64,000 nt of DNA. Source: Octopus sinensis. Lineage: Eukaryota. The position numbers were made by a program, and so were the translations under genes. Positions within the stretch are counted from its first letter, which is position 1. Each line of letters opens with the position of its first letter. Location: positions 24,924,001 through 24,988,000 of the forward strand of contig NC_043014.1 in assembly GCF_006345805.1 (NCBI RefSeq), read 5' to 3'. Positions 12,681 through 26,116 of this stretch are shown here, one piece after another. The notes beneath the pieces were generated by a model. That model saw nothing but the letters and a program-made list of their open reading frames with translations, did no database searches and had not been told where the DNA came from.

Positions 12681-12821
12681 ATAGAAATATATATATACAT
12701 TATTTATATTGATTGATTGATTGATTCTAGTTTCAGCTCACGAGCTGTGGCCATGCTGGGGCACCGCCATTTAAATATATATACATATATATATATATTA
12801 CTTATATATATAGATAGATAG

Positions 12822-14330
12822 GTGAGGTGGACGCAAATTGAACTGCTGGTCCTGATGGTTTCCAGCAATCCTCCTCAAAGTGTGTAAGTATACCCTAGGA
12901 TAACCCCTCCAGATTCTCTTCCAGAGCTTTCTTGCAGAAGGCAGGCTTCAAAGGAAGCTGTAAGAGGGAATAATATGCCCAATCCATAAAGCAGAGCAGA
13001 TGCCAAAAACTATAGTCCTATCTCTCTGACTTCATACATCAGCAAAGTCATGGAACAGATAGAGGGAAACTAATTGCATTCCTTGAAGAAAATAATTTGC
13101 TGAGTGATACCCAGCATGGCTTTTGACCAGGTAGGAACTGCCCAACCCAACTCTTACAACATTATGACTGGGTGTTGAGGCACTTACTCAACAACTCAAA
13201 TGTGGACGTAATATACCTTGATATTGCAAAAGCTTTCGACAAAGTGGATCGTGGTATGATATGTCACAAACTGCATGATCTTGGCATAGCTGGAAAACTT
13301 GGAGAGTCATTACAGGACTTCCTGAAAGATAGAAATCAGGCAGTAGTGGCCACCTCAATGAAACCACAAATAGTGAGTGGTGTTTCACAGGGCACTGCCT
13401 TGGAATGCTGCTTTTCATAGTGGCCCTCTCAAAATATGACCTCAACTGCCTGGATAGCCACCCTTGCTAGCTTCGCAGAAAATACAGAACCCCAGCGATG
13501 TTGCACATCTGTAGCAGGAGTTGGACTCAATTTACAGATGGGCTGAGGATAATAATATGCTGTTTAATGCTGAAAAATCCAAGCCCTGTGCTACCAGCAT
13601 CCAAAACTGAATATGAAACTTACAGGGTACACTGGTCCACAGGGGATTAAAATCCCGGATCCTAAATCAATGAGGGACCTGGGTATCGACATGGGTGATG
13701 ATACCTCTTTCCAAGTGTACATTACCAGGATGGCGACAAAGTGCAGATGACTAACTGGATGGATCCTGAGAACATTCAGACCCATGATGGTCCTATGGAG
13801 GACATTCATTTTCAGCCGCCTGAATTACTGCTCACAGCTATGGTCACCCACCAGTGTGAAATTAACAGTGGACCTTGAAGCAATCCAGAGAAGATTCACA
13901 AAGAAGATCGTCTCTTTGCAACAGCTCAGCTACTGGGAAAGGTTGAAACAGCTAAGACTCTACTCCCTGGAGAGAAGACGGGAGGGGTATGCAGTAATAT
14001 ACATCTGGAAGGAATTATGCCAAATTTTGGCATTGAAAGCTACACCAATGCTGGAACAGGATGACATTGCACAGTGCCAAAGATCCCAGCTATGCCATCA
14101 TGCTTCAGGACCATTTACTTTAACAGCCTGGTTTTCAGGTGCCCACAGCTTTTTAATATTCTCCCAAAGTGCCTGAGGGATCTACACAAAGGGGATGTAG
14201 GGGTTTTCAAATCTGAATCGGAATTCTCCCCGTTGAGAGTTCCAGATGAACCTATCTCGCAGCAAGAGGTGCAAATGAAGGTAGTGATATGAAACTTCCT
14301 TATTTATCGAATGACACATATAAAAGAAGC
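12822..14330 (+). mobile_element. CR1-group LINE, 3' half
   Basis: VDVIYLDIAKAFDKVDRG, SGVSQGT, LEAIQRRFTKKI..YSLERRRE, RCPQLFNILPK. Confidence 0.9.
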
Positions 14331-14335
14331 TTCTA

Positions 14336-14775
14336 TTAGTTAGTTAGTTAGTTAATTTTTTGGCTGAAAAAGCAAAAAGCAAGACCATGTAGGGGGACAT
14401 GGAGTTATGTACAGGGTGGTGTTCATGTAAAGAGTTCAGGCCACTTGAGGTCAAGGGAGACTTTGAACCGAGCGGTCGTCGGCATCTTCACCATCTCGTC
14501 TAGCAGCTTATTCCACAGATCCGCGACCCAGACGGAGAAAGCACCTCTCCTTCGATTGAGATGAAATCGTCACAGATAGAGCTTTTCAGAATGACCCCGC
14601 AGCCGATACTCTGGAGCAGGAGTGAAGAACAGCTCTTTCGAGAGATTACACTTTCCGCTTATGATGTTGTGAGCAAGAATGAGATCTCCACGGCGGCGGC
14701 GTTTTCCTAGAGAATAAAGGTCGAGCGTCTTCAGCCTTTCTTAACAGTGTTGCTAAGCAGCGCGGTCGCAGCATG
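14336..14775 (-). mobile_element. 3' fragment of a second, distinct CR1 family with a (TAAC)n tail
   Basis: Minus strand reads LKTLDLYSLGKRRRRGDLILAHNII..LRGHSEKL..FSVWVADLWNKL, and ends in taactaacta. Confidence 0.75.
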
Positions 14776-14829
14776 GCTGCAGCTTTGAGCGGAAAAAAAT
14801 ATATATTATTTATTCATATATTGTTTATT

Positions 14830-16870
14830 TTTATATATAGATATTCATTTTACTCTACCTTGAAAATGTTTCTAACCAAAAATTGCAAAGTGTTAAAAAT
14901 AAGTTTGTTAAATTTTTCCAAAACATGAGCTTAAACATTATTTTCAATGATGATATAACTAAAGCCAACTTTTTGGATATTACCCTTAACTTATATAATG
15001 ATTCATATTTCCCATGCCATTAACCCTCAACTAATTTAAACTATATTAGCTCTTTCAGTAATCATCCAAAGGCTATTGCAAGGAATTTAGTGAGAAATAT
15101 TTCACTTGGACTTTCTTTATTATCTGCTAATGTTGAATTCTTCAATGATAAAGCCAAATTTTATAATTCTGCTTTACTTAAAGCAGACTACAAAGAAAAA
15201 ATTACCTATATTAACCCTATTGACATTAATTCTGCCTCTATTAATCAGGACATGAAAACACATCATAACGGTAATAACAATATAAATTTTAGTTCAAATA
15301 ACAACACTAAAAGAAAAAATGTAATTTTGCAGATTAAGGGAGATATTCTTTACATCCCATTATTCTTAAAGATAATTATCCTAATAACAATGTGTCTGCT
15401 AGTGAAACAGTTTGGCTGATCATTCCATATGTCTTGCAAACAACTTGCACATGCAAGTGCTACCAGTTAAAAGCTCCGTATACCAGAAGCTAGCAAGTGT
15501 ATGGGGTCATCAGGAGAGAATGCGCGCCGTTTCGGGGCCTACCTCTTGACGGCATCAATGCGCAGCGGCCCCCCTCACTGATATGAGGCCCCGCTTGCTA
15601 GATCAGCTGGTTATGAAGAATTCAATATACTTCTAGCCATCGCTCATCGTCTCTTTTTAACCAAATCCAGATAAGCAGAACAAATCGAACTTCCCTTACC
15701 AGTTTCATGAAACTATAGATAAGAATTTTCCAAAAAAGTCCATTATCAATTAACACCAATTGAGGTTAGGTTTTTCAAACACCAAAAACCTTTCACAAAT
15801 CATTTCATCTCACAGCAATGATTTGTTAAATACACATCCACTTAATGAAAATAATATGAGTGATATTATTAATGCTAACCATTCTTTGAACAATAATAAC
15901 AACAATATTAATATTTCTGATATGAATTTGAATTGTATTCGTTTCTTTAGCAGTAATTCTAAGACTAAAAACTTTGTTTATCAATGTAAAATGACTTCCA
16001 GTCCTGATGTCTTTTTAGACATATCAATAATTGCAACAACACTGGGCTTAGTAAATGAATTTGGTCTCTAAAGGAACATAATAAACAATTCAATTTGGAA
16101 TGGAAAATTCTATCTAGATCCTTCCTATGTGACAAAGGTAAATCTTTACATCAACTTTGTAACAAAGAGCAATTTCTTTTCTCAAAGAATACACTTGTAA
16201 ACACATTTAAAGAACACGTTTATTGTTGTAAACATTGGCAAAAACATACCTTTAGTTCCTGTCAGTAATTTATACGAATCTATAAATTTTTTGACCTGTC
16301 TTCTTACATTTCATTTCCACTACATATATCTATTTCTACACTTTTAAACTTTATTTCCATTCATCACACTATACAATATAGTATCACACTATATTTTTCC
16401 ATTCTTAATTTTCAATTAATTTCTTTCTTTCTCCTCGTTCTCTTTCTCTAAATTACCGTTGACGTGAAATCTATTAACGGATTTTTTAAAAATAACTTGC
16501 TAGCATTCTCCTTCATGATATACATGGTAATCACAGTCAGTTAAAATGGCTTATTGATGTGTTTTGTTTCCCTTTTTCTCTGATGAGATGACTGCATTGT
16601 TTTACATCATTTTAATTCCCTCCACAATAATATCAATGCTTAATTCGAAACATATGTTGGAAGTATAAATGATTTGAATAACACCTTTGTTTGACTCCAT
16701 TTCTTAATTTATTCTTGTTATACAAAAGCATTTCACTTAACTCTGGAATTTCTACCTTTATAGGTGGGCTGTGGTATCCTTGGCACTTATGTGAATTTTT
16801 GCTACCCTGGTAACTATTTATTTATTTTTTCTTATTATTTGTACACATTGAAAAATAAACATACATTTAT
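14830..16870 (+). mobile_element. Degraded AT-rich Penelope-like element (RT thumb to GIY-YIG and 3' end)
   Basis: FLDITLNL, SFSNHP..IARNLVRNISLGLSLLSAN..YNSALLKADY, SNTKNLSQIISSH, NFVYQCK. HHR motif near 16.6 kb. Confidence 0.7.
16575..16663 (+). ncRNA. Hammerhead motif, intact core, degraded stem II
   Basis: tttct CTGATGA ga...tc GAA ACATATGT T ggaag. Confidence 0.55.
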
Positions 16871-16904
16871 GTATATACAAATATATATATATATATATAA
16901 ATGA

Positions 16905-17110
16905 TGCCAGGCCTGCCTGAGTGGCTCCTGTACCAGTGGCACATAAAAAGCACCCACTGCACTCTCAGAGTGGTTGGCATTAAGAAGGGCATCCAGATGT
17001 AGAAACATTGCCAGATCAGAATGGAGCCTGGTGCAACTGATGGCTCTCCACACCTCAGTCAAACCGTCCAACCCATGCCAGCATGGAAAAGTGACATTAA
17101 ACGATGATGA

Positions 17111-17115
<5 letters not shown>
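16905..17115 (+). mobile_element. RTE LINE 3' UTR stub
   Basis: UTR core followed by a (GAT)n/(AT)n tail. Confidence 0.85.
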
Positions 17116-17152
<37 letters not shown>

Positions 17153-17553
17153 TATATAAAAGAAGAGTGTATAATTGTGAATAAATCACAATTATAACAG
17201 AGTTGTAAAAATCCTTACATGTCTAGAAATACCAATCAAAACTGCTTTAATGCCACCAGAACTACTCATATTATATCTCTTCCCAATAAAAACTGCTGGT
17301 GGGCATTATGACATAGTTAAATCTAAATAAAAATAAAAGGTTATAAAGAAATTTTTTAATTGCATGTTCTGGCACTGATATAGTTGTAAATAATTTGAAT
17401 TGTTTACAGTGTATCCTGCGTAATATATTTTTACATTCCTCTTTTATAATATATATAAATATATACATATATATATATACATATATATATATACATATAT
17501 ATACATACATATGTATGTATATATATATATATATGTATGTATATATATATATA

Positions 17554-18230
17554 ATAATTAAAATCACAATAAGGATGAAAAAAATTGAATATTAATTAAT
17601 AACATCAATTTAAAACACCAAGTGGCCTAGCGTATAAAAAGACTGGGATACAGTAAAAATTATTAATACAAATATTGAGACTCCACATGTGGTCACTCTA
17701 ACGCTAGATATAGATCCACAAAGGGAATCCACCACTAAAGAATTGTTCTCAAGAATTAATACAACACGCCAAGAATGTAAGCAAGCAGGACAAATGAAAA
17801 ATAACGAAAAAATAGATTAACTCTATACAATTGTTTCATCGTTAATAGATTGTGTAATTTTACTTACATAATCATTTTCGAATTGTCAGTAGAGTATATC
17901 AAAACTATAATTTGCTGGACCGAACGGCAAAATCCACACGAAGCCGAACAAAGGCGAACAGTATAGCCGATTATATTCGCAGTTACGTTCAGATATCCTC
18001 ATTCTGGCGCGTTGAATCCCCAGATGTAAATACTACCCCAGTAATTAACAGCCGGTTTGAGAACATATTAATTTATAATTAAAATCACAATAAGGGTGAA
18101 AAAAATTGAATATTAATTAATAACATCAATTTAAAACACCAAGTGGCCTAGCGTATAAAAAGACTGGGATACAGTAAAAATTATTAATACAAATATTAAG
18201 AGAGAGTCCACATGTGGTCACTCTAACGCT
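17554..18230. repeat. About 521-bp unit with a direct terminal repeat of about 150 bp, containing a hammerhead motif
   Basis: ataattaaaatcacaataagg...ggtcactctaacgcta occurs at 17554-17706 and 18075-18230. Confidence 0.85.
17820..17895 (-). ncRNA. Hammerhead motif (G8A mutation)
   Basis: ACTCTA CTGACAA tTCG...CGAt GAA ACAATTGT A TAGAGT. Stem I is 6 bp. Confidence 0.65.
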
Positions 18231-18235
18231 AATTT

Positions 18236-18268
<33 letters not shown>

Positions 18269-18270
<2 letters not shown>

Positions 18271-18395
18271 GGCGTTAGGAAGGGCATCCAGCCATAGAAA
18301 CATTGCCAGATCAGACTGGGCCTGGTGCAGCCTTCAGGCTTCCCAGACCCCAGTTGAACCGTTTAACCCATGCTAGCATGGAAAGCGGACGCTAA

Positions 18396-18432
<37 letters not shown>
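18269..18432 (+). mobile_element. RTE LINE 3' UTR stub embedded in (TA)n
   Basis: tggcgttaggaagggcatccagcc...cggacgctaaat followed by (gat)n. Confidence 0.9.
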
Positions 18433-18433
<1 letters not shown>

Positions 18434-18448
18434 ATATATATATATATA

Positions 18449-18815
18449 GGCGCAGGAGTGGCTGTGTGGTAAGTAGCTTGCTAACCAACCACACGGTTGC
18501 GGGTTCAGTCCCACTGCGTGGCATCTTGGGCAAGTGTCTTCTGCTATAGCCCCGGGCCGACCAATGCCTTGTGAGTGGATTTGGTAGACGGAAACTGAAA
18601 GAAGCCTGTCGTATATATGTATATATATGTATATCTGTGTGTGTTTGTGTGTCTGTGTTTGTCCCCCTAGCATTGCTTGACAACCGATGCTGGTGTGTTT
18701 AGGTCCCCGTCACTTAGCGGTTCGGCAAAAAGAGACCGATAGAATAAGTACTAAAAGGTGGTGCTCCAGCATGGCCGCAGTCAAATGACTGAAACAAGTA
18801 AAAGAGTAAAAGAGT
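18449..18815 (+). mobile_element. Full-length tRNA-derived SINE
   Basis: A-box-like tggctgtgtgg, B-box-like ggttcagtccc, central TA/TG microsatellite, LINE-like tail ggtggtgctccagcatggccgcagtcaaatgactgaaac, then (taaaagag)n. Confidence 0.85.
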
Positions 18816-18826
18816 ATATATGTATG

Positions 18827-18858
<32 letters not shown>

Positions 18859-18859
18859 C

Positions 18860-20100
18860 TCTCTTGCACTTTTACTTGTTTCCCCCATGTGGCTTCAGTG
18901 ATACTGAAGCATCACTGTGGTCTTTCTGATTTCCTCAGCTTGGGGTGTTTCACATCACGACTTCTGTATGTACCTTTGTCCCAGATGTTGGTACATTTGA
19001 TTTCTATGGGTGTTTGATTTCACTGCCTTGTCTGCACTTTGTGTCAGGCTGTTGGTTCATCTGGTATTGTGGAGAGGAGGATGTCTAGTTCCGTTTTGAA
19101 GACATCTATTTCCACTTTATGCAGATTTCTTAATTTTTGTGGCAGGGTTTTGAAGAGCTGTGAGCCTTTCAACCATAGACTATTACAGTACCTGGTCCTG
19201 AATTTAGAAGGGGTGGATAGTACCTTTGGTACAATACAATGGCAGCCAGTTCTGGTGTTTGCATAACACTCATTGCCGAAATTAGGTACTAGCCCTTCAA
19301 AAGTTTTCCATATGTAGATTATTGCATATCTGTCACACCTTCATTCCAGGGAGTAAAATTGCAGTTTACTCAGCCTATTCACTGTTTCAGTCTTTTAAGT
19401 GTAGTGGCATTAGACTGTTTCAAGTTCTGCTGTTAGATTGGCACTATGTGGTGACCATAACTGGGAACAGTAGTTCAGAGGGCCAATGACAAAGGTTCTC
19501 CACTGGGTCAACATAGTTTCTTGGTGTCTTGTCTTGAAAGACCTCAATATCCATCCAACCAGTTTTCTGCACTTAGCTGCCATTTTGGTAATGTGCATAT
19601 AAGATGATGCATTATTGCCCATACCAATCCCCAAGTCTTTCACTGCCTTTGACTCTGAGATTGTAGTGCATTTGGGTGCTGTATATGCAAACTGTAGTGC
19701 ATTTGTGAGTTGATAGTGCAGTACTTGAAATTTTCCAGCATTAAACTGCATGTTGTTTATTTCAGCCCACTTGTATATCGAATTCAGGTCCCATCGAAAG
19801 CTTGCGACATCATCTTGATTTGTTATTGCCTGTGATAATTTTGTATCATCTGCATAGCTAGTAGCCATGGGCATGTCTAAGAGGGCTATTATGATCAGTT
19901 ATGGTCCCAGAACAGTTCCACTTAGGATTTGAGTTTCTTCAGAAAGGACACCATTGGCTGCAACTACCTGACTTCTGTCTTTAAGGAACTCATGTAGCCA
20001 TTCTGCCAGTTTACCAACAATGCCAAGGTCTTGTAGCTTGCAACATATCATGCCATGATCTACTTTATCAAATGCTTATGCAAAGTCAAGGTATTTGATA
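18860..20100 (-). mobile_element. CR1-group LINE, 3' part
   Basis: SYADDTKLSQ, NNMQFNAGKFQ, YCSQLWSP. Confidence 0.9.
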
Positions 20101-20469
20101 TCATGCTGACATCTAAATGGTGAAATAGTTGTTTCAAAACTCAGTCATAGTGCAGTAGGAGTTGTCTGAGGCAACTTCTTCCTGGATGGAAGCCATGATG
20201 TATATTGTTCATCCAACTTCTTTTTTATTATCATCTTCCTTTCTTTCAACCTCTTTTGTTTTTCGACCCATTCACCATGTTGCACCACTGAAATCTATAA
20301 TTTTTTTCATTCTCTCTCTGTTTATTTTCTCTTATTTCTTTCTTTTGAAGAGTGTAGGCTTGAAACAAAAAACTTTTTCATTTTTCCCGAGCATCAAGTT
20401 AATACACTTACTTGTTCATACATCTGTCTTTGTTTTTTTTTTTATGTTCTATAAATTTATATATATATC

Positions 20470-21120
20470 TAAAGTGGTTGGCGTTAGGAAGGGCACCCAG
20501 CCGTGGAAACCATGCCAAATCAAACTGAAGTCTGGTGCAACTCCTCAGCTTGCCAGCTCTAATCAAGCCAGTCAACCTATGCCAGCATGGACAATGGATA
20601 TTAAATGATGATGAGGATGTTGATTAGTGGGATAACTTGGCAGTGTGATATTGTTAATATATGGTCATTCATGGCTATATGGTTAAGAAGCTTGCTTCTC
20701 AACCACAGGGTTTCAGGTTCAGTCCCACTGTTTGACAGCTTGGGCAAATGTCTTCTACTTTAGTCCTAGGCCAACCAATGCTTTGTGAATGAATTTAGTG
20801 GAAGCTCATTGTACCAATATATGTGAGTGTATGTATGTATGCATATTTATAGTCAGGCACAGGTGTGGTTCTGTGGTAAGAAGCTTGCTTCCCAACTACA
20901 TGGTTCTGCATAGCACCCTGGGCAAGTGTCTACTATAACCTCAGGCCAAACAAAGACTTCTGGGTAGATTTGGTAGACAAAAACTGAAAGAAGCTTGTCA
21001 TATGTGTGTGTGTGTGTGTTTATTCCCCACCACCTTTTGACAACTGGTGTTGGAGTGCTTACATCTCTCTAACTTAGTTTCACAAAAAGAGAGTGATAGA
21101 GTAAGTACCAGGTGCTGGAG
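20470..21120 (+). mobile_element. Old RTE 3' stub followed by two degraded SINE copies
   Basis: RTE core at 20475-20615; SINE heads at about 20670 and 20858. Confidence 0.65.
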
Positions 21121-21199
21121 GGACAACACCAATATGTTATAAGTATTTATCAGTATGTATATATATATTTCACTTATAGAGAGAGAGAGAGCATGTTTA

Positions 21200-23300
21200 T
21201 TAAAATTTTTAGTATTAGGATTATAAAATTTAACAGGGTTAATGACAGGTCTTCTTATAGGTTTATAATTTAATGGGTGGGTTATTTTAATCATATCAGA
21301 GTTACTATTTTAATTTTAAGTTTGGTGTCAGGGATGTAGAAAATATTGTCATGAAAGCTGCTTGATTTCAGGGCATGATTATAAATTGGTGTGTGTGCAT
21401 TAAAGATCTCCTCGTTTACTGGTAGGTTGAACATTCTAATGGAGATGGCAGTGATAATACTGTAGATGGTTAATTTCAGATGATTAGAAGAGATGTTAAT
21501 ATACTGCAATGTTTGATTTGGTTTACTGTATGGGTAGTATAACTTAGTGTTTAAATTTAATGTGACATGTAGAAAGTTGACTATTTTTGTGTCGGTCTTG
21601 AATACAATATTGAGATTAAAGAAATTCAAAAGAAATGTTCTTAATGACTTCTTAATTCATTCAATCTCTGGTTTAGATAAACCTTTTACTGCAAATAGAG
21701 CATCATCCTTGTATAGCCCACCAGATATGTTTAGGTAGCTTTTCCTAATTTGAGACAGTAGATAGAGACCCACTAGTTCTGTCACTTGGACTGAATCTGA
21801 CAAACCCATGGTAATATCAAAGTAGTTTGTCGAGTTGCTTCTAATCCAATTATAATTTTTTTAATTTATCAACGTTTTTGCCCACAGTTAGGATAATATC
21901 AATATCAGATTGAAGGATGTTGACAAAATCCCAGGCAAATATCAATGTCTTATTTAATAATATCAGGGAAATAGTGGCATTATAATTCAAAATGTTGAAT
22001 TGTATAAGAAAGTTTTATGCTTACCTAAGAGGCAATGGAACCATGTTATAACATCACCTGTTGAATTCCATAGAGGGAGTTTACGAGTACAGTATCCTTT
22101 GCATGTTTATATTTGGTATTTAATTCCATCAAAACGAGTTTATTATGGGTATAACATGGCATTGAATAAATATTGCCCGTTTTGTCAGCACAGTTAGGTT
22201 AGGAGATCATTTTATCTTTGAAATAATTTCTGAAAGCTTTTTCTGGAAGGGGTTGGTGTGTTTAGAGAACTTCAAGTTTTTTATGAGCTGCATCGAGTCT
22301 TTTTTCAAAATTAACCAATGCTGGGTTAGAGGGAGGATTTTGTATCATTTTAAATTATAGTTGTCCTTTTTGTTAGGTTGTTTGGATTTATTGTCATAGA
22401 AGAAGGCTCTCCATCTTAATCTGTTTATGAATTCTGTAGTATTATGTAGAAGGAAATCCATATATGTGTCCTTGGATGGTATAGGAATGTTTTTCGTAGA
22501 CATGCCTACGATTTACTTCTCCATTATTACTATCTACGAGAAGTGCTCATTAGAGCCAAAGTGTATAATTATAAATTTTATTTAGAAAAGCATAGAAAGC
22601 AAGGAAGTGCTCAAGTCGAACCCAAGATGCTAGACAAGTACAAGAGATACAGAGAAGTTCAACTCAGGCAGACTACAATTGGTGTAGACATATACGGATT
22701 TAATATGATAGAATTGTCTAAAACATATATTAATACATTCAGAATATAAAGATATAGAAATATAAAAATATATATGAATGTTAAAAATATGCAAGGACAA
22801 ATAAATATATAGATATATAAATATAATAGAGTATAAATAAAAATATAGATAAGAATAATGAAATATAGAGAGACATTTCTTTTAAAAATTCAAAATAAAT
22901 TATGGAATGGAGGGAGTAATAGATGTTTTAAAAGAGTTTTTGGTACCATATTTAAAGGAAATTAAGTATTCCGACGATCGTTTCTAGAGTTTGTTCAAAG
23001 ACTACATGTGAATCTTACGATTTACTTCCAAGGAATGCTCCCATCATCTGGGAAAAAGAAAAGAATAGTGTTTGCACCAAAAATGTATTAAATGGTTTTG
23101 CAAGTATTAATTACTTTATGTTTTATATAAGAGTCATACAAGTTATGGAAATTATTAGGAGGGCTGGTGGGAGCTTTTTTCATTTTTTACATTATAACCA
23201 AATAGCAATATATTGTTGTACTATAGAGAATGTTATTTTGTGGGTTCGAATTTAAATTTACTCTTGAAAGTTGAATAGTATCTATAGTTACCAAAGATCT
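21200..23300 (-). mobile_element. Degraded Penelope-like element with upstream terminal region
   Basis: TKIVNFLHVTLNLNTKLYYPYSKPNQTLQYINISSNH..YNHALKSS and further RT remnants to about 22.6 kb. HHR motif at 22969. Confidence 0.75.
22969..23054 (-). ncRNA. Hammerhead motif (U4A mutation)
   Basis: TTCC CAGATGA TGGG...TCTA GAA ACGATCGT C GGAA. Confidence 0.6.
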
Positions 23301-23302
23301 CA

Positions 23303-23612
23303 GCATTGCCATCAAAATACAGGAACAGATACTACAACAGTTTGGGCTTCAAGGGTCCACAGCTCTTTAATATTTTTCCAAAATGCCTGAGAGATCTGCA
23401 TGGTGTGGATGTAAGTGTCTTTAAAACAAAACTGGATCTTTTCCTGTTGCAGGTCCCAGACGAGCCTACCTCACAGCAAGAGACATAGATGAGGGCAGCA
23501 GCATCAAACTCCCTTATTGATCAATTGCCACATATCAGAGGAGGTTTCAAATAATGGTATAGTTCAGTCAATGGTGGTGCTTCAGCATGACCACAGCTTT
23601 GGAGCTGAAACA
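23303..23612 (+). mobile_element. CR1-group LINE 3' stub
   Basis: KGPQLFNIFPKCLRDLHGVD, then the 3' tail ggtggtgcttcagcatgaccacagc. Confidence 0.85.
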
Positions 23613-23746
23613 TTTTAGAATAGTTTAAAATAGTTATATATACATACATATATATATATATATAAATATATATAGTATTTATATATATATATGTAGTATT
23701 TATATATATAGTGTATATATATATATATATATATATATTGTATTTG

Positions 23747-23777
<31 letters not shown>

Positions 23778-24048
23778 CAAATAAGAAAATGGAGGAACAG
23801 ATTTCTTTCAATCATCAACTTACAGATAATGCCAATTCATATTATTTGTTTATTAACTACTTAAATAGGAACATCCAAATCCAACAGAATAAAACAATAT
23901 ACATCAATAAGTAAGATAATACCATAAACATAATACATATAAAATGGATCTTACAGCTGTTTCAGCCTGTTGATAAAGGTATCTCATTGTGCCTATATTA
24001 GTCATATGTATTGAGGTAATATACATTTAAAATGAGTTACATATATAA

Positions 24049-25978
24049 CTAGCTGAAGGTGACCCGCTCTACGCGCGGGTAAGAGTGTGGTTGTTACTTT
24101 CTGTTGCTTCCTTTCAGCACGTAAAAAGCACCATCCGAACGTGGCGGATTGCAGTGCCGCCTTGACTGGCTTCTGTGCTGGTGGCACGTAAAAAGCACCA
24201 ACCGATCGTGGCCATTGCCAGCCCCCCTGGCACCTGTGCCGGCGGCACGAAAAAAGCACCCACTACGCTCACAGAGTGGTTGGCGTTAGGAAGGGCATCC
24301 ACCTGTAGAAACACTGCCAGATCAGACCGGGGCCTGGTGCAGCCTCCTGGCTTCCCAGACCCCTGTCAAACTGTCCAACCCGTGCTAGCACGGAAAACGG
24401 ACGTTAAACGATGATGATGATGATTCTCCCTCTTTGTTTCTCTCTCACTTTCCCCACTCTCTTACTCTTCCTTTCTCTCGGACTCTACCTCACTTTCTCT
24501 TACTCTTTATCTATCTCTCTCCCATTTATAAACCACAAAAGATCTTGAGTAAGTTGAGAAATAAAATATTTAGAAAGATCAATCATAAATATCAGGCGGT
24601 AACAACGGAAAGGTCTGCTTCAAGGCAGACAGCAAAACACTAACATTTAAAAGGGACAGACAAACTTGCGAGCTGAATAAAGATAATAAAATATTGGAAA
24701 CCAAAGTTTGAAGGGATAGAATCTGAGGGTAGTAGAGTCAGCATGGCTGGCATTTCTTAACGACGGACAGCAACGTTTTGACAGTTTAACGGCTGATGTA
24801 AAATTTTGAACTTGATGTAAAAGAAAATCCCTAAACACCAAGTTTTGAAGTGATTCTTTTTCACAACAGTAGACTCACCATGACAAGCATTCAAAACTTC
24901 TTCATCATGGACGGCAACACATTGACGATTAAAAGGCTGGCACAAATTTGTTAGCTTGATGTAACAGAGAATTCCTAAACACCCGCTCCTTTAAATTTTA
25001 ATCCCCTTCTAGCCCCATTTAGACACCTTTTCACATTTTGGTTAATATAACGCGATTTCATTCGGGTGTACTGGGGCCACATTTTATAAGATGAGGAATT
25101 TTGTCCTAGAGGTGATGCCTTTCATTTGAGGAAAAAAAATAGTTGTCATGCAAACTTGCCAGCACTTTTAACATAGGTCTGCATCTATGTATGTGTGTGT
25201 GTGTATGTATGTGTGTGTGTATGTGTGTGTATGTATGTGTGTGTGTATGTAAGTATTTCCATTGAGTCAACCTCATTATTTTCTACATAGCAGACCGTTA
25301 CATAAACAGGCAAAGGTACATACATACATACACGCTCACACATACATACACACACATACATACATACACACACACACACATACATAGATACATACATGCA
25401 CACACATACATGCATACATACATATACACATACATGCATACACACGCACGCACTACAAAAACCGAGTAAAAAATTTCAGTTATCTGTCTCTTTCACACAG
25501 ATACATAAAAGAAGGCCGTTTGTATGAAATAGAGTCAGTATTGTGTGTTGGTGGTGGTGGTGGCGATGATAATTATCATTAGAAAAAAGAGTGAGTGAGT
25601 GAGGAAGACATATACATAAGTTGTGGCGATGATAATTCTCCCTATGAATGCTGACAGATACATCAAAGAAAGCCGTCTGACGAACTTATAAAGGGAAAGT
25701 GAAAGGGAGTTGAGGGGAATACATTAAATAACGGGAGTGGACCTCTCAAAGTTATAAATGATGGGGAGTAAGAGAGGGAAAGGAGGAGATAGCGTGAGTG
25801 AGGAAGATGGCCCCTAGCAACCACACCTTTTAAGCTAGGGATTTCTAAGGTAGCCCACGGGCATCGTCAACTCATTCTACATGTCCCTGTAAATTTTGGA
25901 GCGAATCGGACAGGACGTAGTGGCATTGAAAGCGATCCAAGCGGTAAAAACGCATTTCAGTTTTATATATAGAGATTA
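24049..25978 (+). mobile_element. Possible non-autonomous Helitron/Helentron-like element with nested insertions
   Basis: Starts actagctgaaggtgacccgctctacgcgcggg and ends gtaaattttggagcgaatcgg...ttttatatatagagat, resembling HINE-type termini. The interior was not verified. Confidence 0.35.
24100..24423 (+). mobile_element. RTE LINE 3' UTR
   Basis: gcacgtaaaaagcacc repeat units, UTR core and (gat)n tail. Confidence 0.9.
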
Positions 25979-26116
25979 TAAGCATTTATGTATTTGCCTT
26001 TTGGGTACTTCACTAGCAGTATATTGGATAACTCATATCTAATAGTGGGCTACACTCATATCCCCTATCTCACTTTGTACTTATATATATATATATATAT
26101 TATAGATACTAGATAT

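Noticed and set aside
15420-15700. GC-rich island with GGGGCC/GGCCCC pairing, GAAAC and CTGATGA on minus
   Set aside because: The elements are not in an order or pairing that gives a hammerhead. Probably an unrelated repeat fragment inside the PLE.
18449-18525. tRNA gene
   Set aside because: A/B-box-like head only, continuing into a SINE body and tail.
23945-23970. GAAACAGCTGTA half-motif (also GAAACATGTGTC at 48281 and a partial at about 10840)
   Set aside because: The 5' half of the core is absent. These are truncated remnants and were not counted.
25676-25716. CTGACGA ACTT...AAGT GAAA hammerhead-like core
   Set aside because: Stem II forms, but there is no stem III or stem I pairing.
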